Positions 52,142-63,128 of a DNA stretch of 64,000 bases are shown piece after piece. Every line of letters begins with the position of its first letter. The first letter of the stretch is position 1. Location of the stretch: the NCBI GenBank assembly GCA_028534125.1, contig CM052841.1, positions 57,350,001-57,414,000 of the forward strand. Reading direction: 5' to 3'. The translations under genes and the position numbers were made by a program. The notes under the pieces were generated by a model. It ran no database searches and was not told the DNA's origin. It saw only the letters and a program-made list of their open reading frames with translations. This stretch comes from Lama glama. Its lineage: Eukaryota.

Positions 52142-53359
52142 GTGAGGCCAGCCAGGTCCTGCTCTGGGCCCAGTCCTGGCCCAACACACGCACAGGGGGC
52201 AGGGCTGCAGGATGAGCTGAGTGTGGAGAGAGAAAGAGTGTCCCAGGTGGTGGGGACAGTGTGGCACAGGCCTGGAGGTGGGAGGTAGCCTGGAGTGTGG
52301 GGAACCCACACGGTACAACGTGTGTTGCTGGTGGAATGTAAAGCTGGCCTGGCCGAAGTGAGGTCGGCTAAGGCAGCTTGCAGAGGGCCTGGGGCCTGCG
52401 TTTTCTTGGCGAACACTCGGGGGAGATGAGAAGCTGGATAGGACTGCCAAGGACAGTGAGGACCCAGCCCAGGGCAGGAAAAGTAGGAGTGGATGTCAGC
52501 TCCATGCAGTGGGTGTAAGCGGGAGGTGGGAGGGAAGGAGCAGGCAGGATAACCCAATTTTTACCAGGAGCATCTGGATGTGTCATGGTGCCAGTTACTG
52601 GGATGGGAAACTTTGGATGGGGAGGGGGAGAGATGGTGCCCGTTTGGGGTATGTTGAATTTTAAGGTGCCTTTGGGTTGTGGAGGAAGATTTCAGGGGGA
52701 CCATTGGTTTTAACGCTGACTCTCAATTTCATTGATGGCTTTTATTTCACCTTTATTTCTGTGTTGATTCCCATCTCTCTCTCCTCTCTCCCCCTACTCA
52801 CAGGTAGGGTGGATACACCCTCCTCCATGTCTGCAAGCAGGAAATATAGTCAAAGTGTAGCATCCAGGCCAGCCCCCAGGGTCCCAGTCCTGGAGTTTAC
52901 TTCCTTATGACAGCAATACCAGGTGCAGGAGGAACCTGGATTTACAGCTTGTTTGTTCACATGGTGCAAGAGCCTGTCATGTGGGTAGATTCAGCAGGTG
53001 TGCAGTCGCTGGGATGTTACCCCACCTGGCCTCATGCTTTGCCCAGTGTAAAAATCCTCCCCCAGTGCCCTCTATTTAGGTCACCTTTTCTCTGCTTCTA
53101 GTTTCATTTACTTGTGACTGGTTCTTTGTGAAGTGGTTAATTAGCATGAGCAGAGGGCCTGTAAACAGGGTGACTGGAAACCCACTGTTCACTTGACTGC
53201 CAGCCGTCTTCTTGGCTCACCTCATATATGTGGTTCCAAGAATGAAAGCACTTCTCAGCCTCACTACCTCCTCCTCATCCTGTGTGTTCTCTGAGAAGTG
53301 TGTGCTCTTGAGTTCAGTTTACAGCACGGAGGAAACACACCAGGATTGGTTTACGTTCT

Positions 53360-55520
53360 CTCTGCCGTAAATGTCCGTTAGGTCAATTTGGTTGACAGTG
53401 CTGTTCAAGTCTTCTCTATCCTTACTGGTTTTTCCGTGTACTTGTTTACTGTTCTTCTATTAACTACTGAGAAAAGGATATTGAAGTTTCTAGTAATTAC
53501 AGATTTGTCTATTTCTCCTTTCACTTCTGTTGGTTTTTGCTCTATGTACACGGAAACTAGTGCATATACACTTAGGCTTGTTAAGTGCTGTTGATGAACA
53601 GAGACCTCTTTATACAATCACCTGATCTCATAATATTCCTTGCTTCAAAATCTACTTTGTTTGATATTAATATCACTGCCCTAACTTTCCTTTGGTTGGT
53701 ATTATCCTGATACATCCTTTTCCATTTCTACGCTTTTAACCCAACTATATCCCTCTATATAAAGTGAGTTTCTGTGACACACATTTTATTATTCTTGCTT
53801 TTTAACTGATCTGACAGTTTCTGCCTCTTAATTGGAGTGTTTAGACCGTTTACATTTAATGTAATATAATTACTTTTAAATCTGTTATTTTGTTGCTTGT
53901 TTCTATTTGTACCATCTGTTTTATTCCTTTTCTTGCCCTCTTTTGGAACATTTTTTACAAGCCCTTTTTATCTGCTTCATTGGGGTATTAGCTATATCTT
54001 GTTGTCGCTTCAGGGTAGGGGTTGGAAACTTTCTGTAAAGGGGCAGGTAATATTTTAGGCTTTGTAGGCCGTGTAACTCAGCTGTTTTAGCAGGAGTATG
54101 TGTGTGGTGTGGCTTTTTACCAAAACTAGCAGTGGACCCCATTTCTGCTCTTAACCCTGGCTATAATAGTAGGAACTCTGGTAGTATCTTTGTCCTTCCA
54201 TACTTAATGTATCTTTTTTCTCTTGCTGTTTTAAAGATTTTTTTTCTTTATCATTAATTGCCAGCAGTTTGATTATGATGCGCCTTGGCATGTTTCCTTT
54301 GTGTTTCTTGGGTCTGTTGAGCTCTTGGATCTGTGGGTATGGAGTTCTGCCTCCCCGGTCTGTTTCCTGGGACTCTCATCACACGTACGTTAGGGTGCTT
54401 TACATTGCCCCACATCCCACTGACACTCTGTTGTATTCTTTTTTCTTTTTTGTTGTTTTTTTGTGGGTTTTTTTTGTTGTTGTTTTATCTTAGATTATTA
54501 CTGTGTCTTTAAGCTCACTAGTTATTTCTTCTTCAATGTCTAATCTGCTGTTAATCCTAGCCAGTATTTTTTCATTTTGGATGTTGGATTTTTTGCCTCT
54601 AGGTTTTCAGTTTGGTTTAAATCCCATCCATTTCTTCTCTTATGCTCATGTCCTCTGTTTTCTTGAACATGTGGAATGTAACAGTTGTCTTAATGTCCTT
54701 GTTTACTGCTTCTGTCATCGGACGTTTGAGTCTGTTTTCATTGCTCTTCTCCCTGGTTCTGGGTGATACTTTCCTGCTTCTCTGTGTGCTGGGTGATCTT
54801 CGGTTGTTCGCCAGATACTGTGACTTATGTAGCTCCTGGATGTTTTGTGTTTCTTAAATACTTCGGGGCTTTGTTTTAGGACACAGTGAGGTGATAAGAA
54901 TCAGTTTGATCCTTCTGAGGCTTACTTTTAAGTTTTGTTGGGGCAGATCCTGGACAGTCTTCAGTCTAGGCCTAATCTGGCTCCGCTGTTGAGGTTTCCT
55001 TTTGGGCAGGGGTTGGAGACTTTCTGGGGTTCTCCCTGATGCCCCTGTGTAGTACATCTTCCCACACTGCCTGGAAGGATCATAAACTGTTCCTGGGGTG
55101 GTTTTGTGTACTCTTTTCCAATGGTTTTTGCACCTGCCTGGCTGTTCTCCCACAGGCATGCAGACCAGTCCTCAGCCAAAGCCCCAGGGGTACCCCTCAG
55201 GAGACAGGCGGAGTCCTCTGCATTTCCTTCTCTGTGGCACTGCCCCAATAAAGCTTTCGTGCCCTCCCTCCCCTGCCCCACGGTCTCCTTAACTCCCTAT
55301 CATCACCTCCCTCCTTTGCCTGCCTGGACTCCCAGCAGTGGGCGGGGCTCACCTTGTGTGTTCCCTTCCCTTGGGAGTCACTGTACTGCACTACACTGCC
55401 TGTTCAGTGTCTGGAAATCTTTGTTTCATAAATTTTGTCCAGTTTTCTGGTTTTTTTTTTTTTAAATGGCAGGAGGTTAAATCCAGTGCCTGTTACTCTA
55501 CCACAGCTGGAAGCAGAAGT
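53360..55520 (-). mobile_element. Old L1M LINE fragment, antisense
   Basis: AT-rich, T-skewed block with L1M-type text (ttaggtcaatttggttgacagtgctgttcaagtcttctctatccttactg; aaatctactttgtttgatattaatat; cagcagtttgattatgatgcgccttgg); no intact ORF. Confidence 0.8.
54016..54160. mobile_element. MER58A-like hAT-Charlie element nested in the L1
   Basis: aggggttggaaactttctgtaaaggggcaggtaatattttaggctttgtaggcc resembles the MER58A end. Confidence 0.7.
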
Positions 55521-56696
55521 CTCTCCCTCTTCCCCGCCTCCTTACAGGCTTTGCTCAGTGTCTTACCTTCCTGTGACAAGAAAGGCCCTCTTGGCGTGAC
55601 CCCACACCCCTTCCTCCTGATCATCACTCCTCAACCCCTGATCCCACTCGCTTTTCACAACAGCCCCTGCTGTACCTGCCCCAGCGCTGCTGACCTCCCT
55701 GTGCATCTCCTGTGAAATGGACTGAGTGCTCACCTGGGGTCAGCTGCTCCGCTGGGCTGGAGAAGCAGTGCGGGTGGAGACAGATACAAAGCAGTGGGTG
55801 AGCTCGTCTGAGAGGAGCATCGAGCTCGAAGAGTAGGGAACTGAGGCAGAGCCCTGTGGAGCCCTGACGTCCTCGAGGCGTCTGCAGAGCAGTGGCCTGG
55901 GAGCTGGGACCCAGAGAGCGTAGGGTCCAGAAGCTAAAGGAAGAGGATAGGAGTGATGAGCAGTGAGTGACAGGTACCTGAGAGACAAGCAGGTGAGGCC
56001 AGAAAGGGTCTCAGGGACGGAGCAGCTGGCAGCAGACTCACACTGGCCCTAGTTCTCAGCTTCTGTAGACCGTGTTCCTCACATCTCCTGTGCTCATTAC
56101 CCCTCCAGCAGGCCTTGCTTGTCCTTCGGATGTAGGTGTAGAATCCGGTGTGGGCACCCCCACCCCACCCTCCGAGGTGGTTAACTACTTCCTGTTCCCT
56201 GTTCCCTTGGCCCCTGAGCTTCCCATGCAGAGCGTAGCGGTTGTCTCCCTTCCTGTGTCCCCGCTGACTTGTGACTTAATCTTGCTGCCTCGAGTGCCTG
56301 GCACAGCCTCAGTGAGGAGAGTGGGTGGAAAAACCTCCAGAGCCCTTCAGGGCCTTCGTTTCCTACTCATATCAACTGCCTGGTTCTGGGGTGTGGTGAG
56401 GACCTAACACCCACTCCTACCCTCTCGGCTCCTGGCAGAACATCCGGAAAGGGGCAGCCCCAGGGGCTCCTGGGGCAGGTGTACTGTAAGGAAGGAGCAG
56501 GCTCAGCCCATGTCAGTCGCGGGGGGCAGCTGGAGGGCCTCTGTCCCAGGCAGGTGTGGGCAGTGTGGCCCAGGAGGTGCTCTCTTAGTGTGTCCCTCTG
56601 TGCGGGTGTGATGGCTTGTTCCCACTTGGCTCCACACCCACCTCAAATCACCTGCTCCCTCAAATGCAGCCTGACTGTCCTTGTCTCTGGCGGCAG

Positions 56697-56784
56697 GTTG
56701 ATGTCAGTGGAGGAGGAGCTGAAGAAGGACCACGCGGAGATGCAAGCAGCTGTAGACTCCAAACAGAAGATCATTGATGCCCAG
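56697..56784 (+). CDS. DAB2IP: DAB2IP coiled-coil exon (LMSVEEELKKDHAEMQAAVDSKQKIIDAQ)
   Basis: Acceptor cggcag|gttgat, donor gcccag|gtgtgg; 88 nt. Confidence 0.97.
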
Positions 56785-57576
56785 GTGTGGGGCTCTGGCC
56801 TTTTGCCACAGGTGTTAGAGGACCTGGGATAAGGAGGGGGTGACCTTGGCTTCTTTATGTCCTCAGTCATGCCCCACTATAAAAGCTAAGGAGGCTAGAA
56901 GACCAGGATCTCTGCTCCAAGAAGTCAGACTTGAGGGTCTCAGTGGACTACAGGCTCACCAGGACAGGCTGTGAAAGGGGTGGGGCAACTTGGTGGGTAC
57001 TGCCTTTCACCAGGGGTCCTGACCAAATAGTGGAAGCTTTTGGGAGGGGAATGGGGAAGTCTGGGGGTGACAGAAGGCTGGTCAGGGGGAGCAGGGGAGC
57101 TCTTGTTGAGAGCCGTGGCTTCCCAGCCACATTGAGAGGGGAGACATAAAAGACCCTGGCCTCCAGTCTCCTTCACTCAGGTCTGCACTCTTATCCTCTC
57201 AAGGGACAACCTTGCTCAGTCTAGAAACTCACAGACTGACCGGGAGCTGTGACCTGTGTCCCACACATGCACGCTCTGTGAGTGAGGCCTCCTGCCCTCG
57301 GGGCGCTGGTGCATGACAGCACTGGGGCTGCTCTGTTTGGGTGAGAAGCAGGTGACGAGGTAGGGACATTAGGGAGGCAGGCTTGAGGAGGTCTTGGTCC
57401 TTGATGGCGAGACCGCCTCTTCTCCAGCAGGCCCACTGCCCTTGCCATCCTTCACACGTGGTGACCTGCAGGCTGCAGCCCCCCCAGCACGTCTTGGAGG
57501 TTTCCACAGCCCCCAGGAGATCCTTTGGCCTAGGAGCCCATTCCATGACCCCCACTAACGCCCCCTTTGTCCACAG

Positions 57577-57744
57577 GAGAAGCGCATCGCCTCCCTGGAC
57601 GCTGCCAACGCCCGCCTCATGAGTGCNNNNNNNNNNNNNNNNNNNNNNNNNNNNNNNNNNNNNNNNNNNNNNNNNNNNNNNNNNNNNNNNNNNNNNNNNN
57701 NNNNNNNNNNNNNNNNNNNNNNNNNNNNNNNNNNNNNNNNNNNN
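57577..57744 (+). CDS. DAB2IP: Last coding exon of the long-tail DAB2IP isoform (EKRIASLDAANARLMSA...; stop codon masked)
   Basis: Branch point cactaac at 57553-57559, acceptor ccacag|gagaag; stop position inferred inside N-run 57627-57758 from the recalled human C-terminus ...ITENGEFRNSSNC. Confidence 0.88.
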
Positions 57745-58744
57745 NNNNNNNNNNNNNNGGGAGGACCGAGGTGGCCCAGGGCGGGGGCGCAGCCTGGGGA
57801 GGAGCAGCCCCAGCGCAGGGGGCCGGAGGCCGCGGCCCGCCTCCCCTCTCCACCCCGCGGTCCAGGAGGCGGCTGCAGAGGGAGCCGCGAGAGACTGGCG
57901 CAGCGTGAGCGGGTCAGCGGCCCGCTCCCCGAGAAGCGTGCTCAGTGTAGGCCAAAGAGACTGCAGGCTGGGGAGTGGGGACAGCCTGGTGGGAGCAGGG
58001 GGCCTGCCACAACGTGTCTCTGCTCGTTGTTGAATCTGGTGTGCGTCACCTTTCCTCCTTGACCTGGCCAAGTGCATGTACCCCCACACCCTCCCCAGGG
58101 AGGGGCCCGGAGAGGTGGAGGGTCGAAGAGCCAGGAACCTACTCCTCATGGCTTCCCCTCACCTCCCCAGGGGCCCAGGGCTCCCAGGCAGCCAGGCCCT
58201 GCCCTGTGGGACCTGCCTTCCGTTCCAGGAGCTGACAGGGCGGTCGGCAGGCAGGCAGGGAGTGGGTGGGGAGGACGGAACTGCCAGAGTTCTGGGTCCC
58301 CTGCCCGTCTTCACCCTGAGCACCTGCCACTGCATGCGCAGGGAGCCTTCTTGGCTGTGAGGAACCGAGGATTCACCCCCACACCTGTCCCCAACTTTCC
58401 TAACTTGTTCTGCCAAATAAACCCAATGAGGATCACAGCTCGCTCTTCTGGGCCCTCGTGCCTGTAGGAAGATCCAGAGCCTCCCTCCCTTGAATCGTGG
58501 GCCCGGGCTGATACTCTGGGCGCTGCAAAGCCAAAGACGTGGGCAGAGTTGGCCCCAGTGGCACTGTGCGGTGCCTGCCCTTCTCCTGCAGCAAGTGTCC
58601 CAGGCACGGTGGCCCTGCAGGGAGTGGCCAGCTGGTGCTCCCCCGAGAGAGAGGCTGAGCTTTTCTGATTGATGGTTAAAAAAAAATTCTGATGCCCGCA
58701 GGCCCTGAGAAGGTGGATAACTGTGATTTTTTTTCCTTTCACAG

Positions 58745-58754
58745 TATGCATTAG
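58745..58754 (+). CDS. DAB2IP: Alternative terminal coding segment giving the C-terminus ...LKESMH*
   Basis: Strong acceptor gatttttttttcctttcacag|t-atg-cat-tag; matches the recalled human isoform ending ESMH. Confidence 0.8.
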
Positions 58755-60600
58755 AAACAAAAGCCCGCTTGCTCGCTTGCTGGAACACAGGGGCCTTTTA
58801 AATTGAGCGTGTGCACTGCATGGGAAATAGCGGCCCTGGAGGATGTTAGACTTGCTCCCTCTCCAAGACAGCAGCGGCCTGCACCTGGCCCCGTGTGTGC
58901 GGCCGGCCTCTGCCTCACCCTCCCGGGCCCCAGCGGAGGACCCAGGCGCTGCAGACAGGGGAGGCGCCCACCCCACGGCTGGGGCTGGTTTCCCTCAGCT
59001 CTAGGCTGTTCTGTAGCTTATCAGCCCTCCCCACCCCCGACCCCTTGCGGGACATAGGTGGGCAGGAGCTTGGGCCTCTCTCGTCCATCCCTGTCCCACT
59101 CCTCACCCTGGGGAATCTTGGGCAAGAGCTGGGGTGTTTGCCCTGCCGGGAGCCAGGGCTGGGCCAGCTGCCTCAGCCGTAGGAAGCTGAGGAGCCCCTT
59201 GGAAAGAGCGCTGAGCCCTTCCTGCCCCCGGGGCTGGAGACACGCTTCCAGGGCCCAGGTTGCCACAGAGATCCCAAGGAAGGGCAGTGCGGGAGGGGTG
59301 GCCCGGACCACACTGCACCCGGTCCTGGGCCCGTGCTCTGAGCAGGGGCTCTTAGGTGAAAGCTGCAGTTCAGTTAGGCCGGAGACATGCTGGTGGTGAG
59401 AGGGCAGGACCCCCCAGGGTCACAGACCTCAGGAGGGAAGCTGTGGGGCTGAGGCCTGACCCCAGTCCTGGCCGCACAGGCGGGGCCTGGCCCCAGTGAT
59501 GTCCTCCTCTGGTTCAGTCTCGATCCCGCTGCCCAGTGAGCCCTCCCCTCCTCCCTACCCACCTCTCTCCCACCGATGCCTCATTGAGCGACCTCGGACT
59601 GAGCGCCTCTTAGCAATACAGGGGGAGGTTCCCAGGGCCTGGGCAAGCCGGGCTCCGGAGGCCAGCAGTGGCCGGTGCTGGCGGCCCTTGGCCTGGGGTT
59701 GGAAGCTTTCAGGCCAAGAGCCTTATTTACTTAGTGCAAAAACTGTAAAAGTGTACAGACTCTTCACAGATTTTTATCTGAATTGCAAGTCTGACGATTT
59801 TTGTAAATGTTCTTGGTGTTTGACTGTAATGTAACTATTTCACCTAATGGTTGTACATAGTCCTTTAGTCCTGTGCTGCCGAGGGCTGCCCGGGACCGCT
59901 GCTCTCCGACGGTTTTTATTTTATTTTTAATCTAGAGAACAGTATTGGGCAGGGGGCAGAGGTTGGGGATTTGGGTGTTGGGGGTTTTCCCTGCTTGTGG
60001 CATTTACCTGTTGGCTTTGCAGTGTGCTGTCCGGGTGAGGGTGGTGGGGAGATGTGTCCCGCCAGGGTCACACTGAACCTGTGCCCCAGAGGGAGAAGTG
60101 AGGGGAGGCAGTCTCTGCTTGGGGAGACCAAGGCCCAGCTCTGCTGGAGAAGGCTCTCCCCTGCCAACAGAGAGGCCCGATTGTTTTGCTTGACTTTTAT
60201 GTTTAGGGTGAAGGAAACTGCCAAACTTCCATAAGTGAAGACTCCTTCCGACTGCCCAAAAGAGGGGGTGGGGGACCAAGGCCAGAGCTCTGGGTGCCCC
60301 CACCCTGCAGAGCATCTGCCTCGGGGCACACCTCCCCGCCCTCCCGTCTGCAGCAGGCAGACTGTCCAGGGAAACAGCCCCTCTTTTCTACACATGGCCT
60401 GAGAGCCACCCCCAGCCCCCACTCCGCCTCCCTGCCCCCCTTTTGTAAGTATGTGAAAAGGAAAAAACGCCAACGCTGGAGTCTTGGCCGGAGTGCCTCC
60501 CTCCAGCTGGGGCTCTAACAGTGTAATAATGTACAGAGAGCGTTGTCGGTGTGCTAAGACTGTGTGGCTGTGCAATTTCTGTACATTTGCAATTAGAAAT

Positions 60601-60606
60601 ATTAAA
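60601..60606 (+). terminator. Polyadenylation signal ATTAAA
   Basis: ATTAAA preceded by several TGTA (CFIm-type) motifs in 60520-60585 and followed by U-rich sequence. Confidence 0.8.
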
Positions 60607-61899
60607 GATTTATTTAGCTATTTTAAACCTGGCTCGCCTCTCTCTTCAGCTGGGACTCAGGAGCTTTTCCAGGGGTGGCTCTTGAGTCGTGGGCTGATAC
60701 TGTTCTTTACCGAGGGGACCCCAGCACTTGGGTCACCCTGGTGGCAGTTGTGGGCAGGGGGATTGCCCCCCACTCCTCCTCCAGCCGGGGTCTCTCCCTT
60801 GGCTCTGACAAGCAAGGACAAGGTCTTTGCTGGGCTCCCAGAGCACGGCCCCTGCACTTCCCTGGAGCGGACACCAGCTCCTGCCAGCCTCTGCTTCAAA
60901 TGCTTTCCAAGCCCCTGAAATCTGTCTCCAGGAGGGAAGAGAGGTTGGTCCAGGATCACCAACCAGCCACTGCAGAGCTAGACCTAAACCCAGGCTTCTG
61001 AGACCCGGAAAGTCCTGACACGCGGCGCAGACTCACCTGCAAGGATGAACCCAGGGCCTTTGTTGGGAACAAGCCCCTGAGCGCCTGTGGCCGCATCTTG
61101 CAATCTCCTGTCAAGCCTTCCCCGTCGCCTCCTGCGTCAACACCCCGGTCCTCAGGTCCTCTCCTCCCAGGCCGCAGTGTCTTCGCTGCCTCCCAGCTTA
61201 GCCCCTGTGGTCTCCCTCCTCGACCCCTCTCTTGACGGTATTCTTGGACCACATCAGCCCCAAGGCTGTGCTCTCTGGATGGCTGAGCGGAAGAGAAAAA
61301 ACACGCCGAGTTCAGACCATGCCCTTGTGTGTTCCTGTCTCCACTCAGCTAGGCCTTTCTCCCTCCTTCCCCACTGCGCTTCAGCCAGACCTGGACCTCT
61401 GCTCAGACGTCCCAGCCAGACACTTCCTGCCCTGGGAGCCAGCCTCCTCCTGCACTGGGGGTAGGTGCTGGCACTGACCCTCTGACCCTGCTCAGTGACC
61501 CCAGCTCCCCAGCCCGCAACATCGCTTCCTTCCCCACAGCAACCACAGAAGAGGAGGAGACCCCTTCCTTCCCCAGGCAGCCCCTGGCCAGGGTTCTATC
61601 CCTCCCACCCCTTGCTTTTCATCACTCCTGTGTCTTCAGCCCCTACTGTGCCTTCACATAGCATTTTAAGTATCAGGTCTCCACCTGCTTCTCACCTGCT
61701 CCAGGCTGGGTTTTCTTGCCTTGAAAGCCTGCAGGACCCGCCAACTCCACCTGTGTTCTTTCCCCGGCTCTATCACCTGGCTTTGCCTCCCACACCTCCA
61801 TCACCTCATTGCCAGAGCGCTGGGTCCCTGCAGTGCTTCCATGCCGCAGCCCTGGTCCCCACGCTCAGGGACCGCCATCCCTCTGCTGGGGCGATGCCA

Positions 61900-62600
61900 T
61901 GTAGACAACATAGGAGTTAAGAAAATCGCAATGGATGGGACAGAAGAGAATTTCACATTAGCAGGGGCCATTATAACTTAAGTACAAAAGCTATGAACCT
62001 CCACATGTGGATTAAGTAACAAGTACAAAGCAAAAACTGCTGGAAATGCAAAGGAAAAAATCGACAAAAATACAGTTGCATTTGAGACTAACATACCACC
62101 CATATTAGTTTATGACAGATCAAGGAGACCATGAGAATGCAGAAGATTTTAATAATACAATTTAATAAGCAGGGTGACAGGAAGCGCTTACCCTAGAAAG
62201 CACACACCTTCTTTCTGAGTACACTTGGAACATTACTCAGCGTTGACTATTGTATCGAGATAGGAAAACCTCAAAGCTGACCAAAGAAATAGTTTGGGCC
62301 ACATTCTGTACCTTGAAGCAATAAAAAGAGATCACGAATAAACATTTACTTAGACGAAAAACTATCAGAAAGTTTAAGAAATACATATTCAATCAGCAGG
62401 ATCCTTTTTAAGAGAGAGTCTTCTAATTAAACAAAGTACGATGAAGACATGCATTCTTCTCTCTTTCCAAACACCACTGTACTGACAAGAAAGGACTAAA
62501 AAGATGTTCACTCGTAAGGACAGAATTAATGTGGGAAGGAGATACCAGTATATGAGAAAATCTGAGAAGCTTTGGCAGATGGAGGTTAACGAAAGAGCAT
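61900..62600 (+). mobile_element. Degraded L1M (ORF2-derived) fragment downstream of the gene
   Basis: A-rich block with gacagatcaagg...agaagattttaataatacaatttaataagc and cacacaccttctttctgagtacacttggaacatt, typical of the L1 endonuclease region. Confidence 0.6.
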
Positions 62601-63093
62601 CGACTAAATTAGCAGAGCGGAAGGGGAGACGAACCGGAAGTGCTGATCAGCCCCAAGGTCCCCCCAAGAGGCTCAGGAAGAGGGGGCGCCCAGCATGATG
62701 GGAGCAGAGCAAGGGCACCAGGTGGGAAACGGGGGAACTAGACCCCAGCCTCCCCCTAGTCTGCACAGCCAGGAAGCTCCCTCTCCCCCTTCACCTCCTT
62801 GTAAGGGACTGGATGTTTATTCTCTGGAAGAATGGAACCAGGTAGACTGGATGTGGGGACACCAGGCAGGAACGAAGTCTGCTAGGTACGGGTCTGAAAG
62901 CAGGGGGAGGGTTGAAGCACCTTCACGGGTCCCAGAACGCCCAGGGCCAGGCTTCTGTCTCCCAGGTCGCTGGCTGAAACGATCTTTGGAGAAACTGCCT
63001 TCAGAGAAAAGACCTCCAGGTACTTCCCAATGCAAAGGCTGCATCACTGTCCCACCATCCCATAGCGACATCTAAGCAGTAATTGTGTCCTGG

Positions 63094-63128
63094 GTACACA
63101 CACGCGCGCACACACACACACGTGTGCA
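63094..63128. repeat. Alternating purine-pyrimidine (CA/CG/TG) tract
   Basis: gtacacacacgcgcgcacacacacacacgtgtgca. Confidence 0.9.

Larger units (their letters stand above)
14100..60625 (+). other. DAB2IP: DAB2IP gene body from the internal CpG promoter to the poly(A) site; the longest isoforms start upstream of the window
   Basis: Spliced exon translations (YCFE|[12 protein letters not shown]...|[18 protein letters not shown]...|[11 protein letters not shown]...|[14 protein letters not shown]...|DLAVLQDKLRIS...|EKRIASLDAANARLMS) match the recalled DAB2IP protein; all visible boundaries are GT-AG with consistent phases. Confidence 0.97.
57745..60625 (+). other. DAB2IP: DAB2IP 3'UTR
   Basis: Follows the terminal exon; AU-rich blocks at 59720-59950 and 60430-60625; ends after ATTAAA. 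Confidence 0.8.

Noticed and set aside
56785-56832. Intron read-through C-terminus VWGSGLLPQVLEDLG*
   Set aside because: Short read-through expected by chance; nothing supports retention
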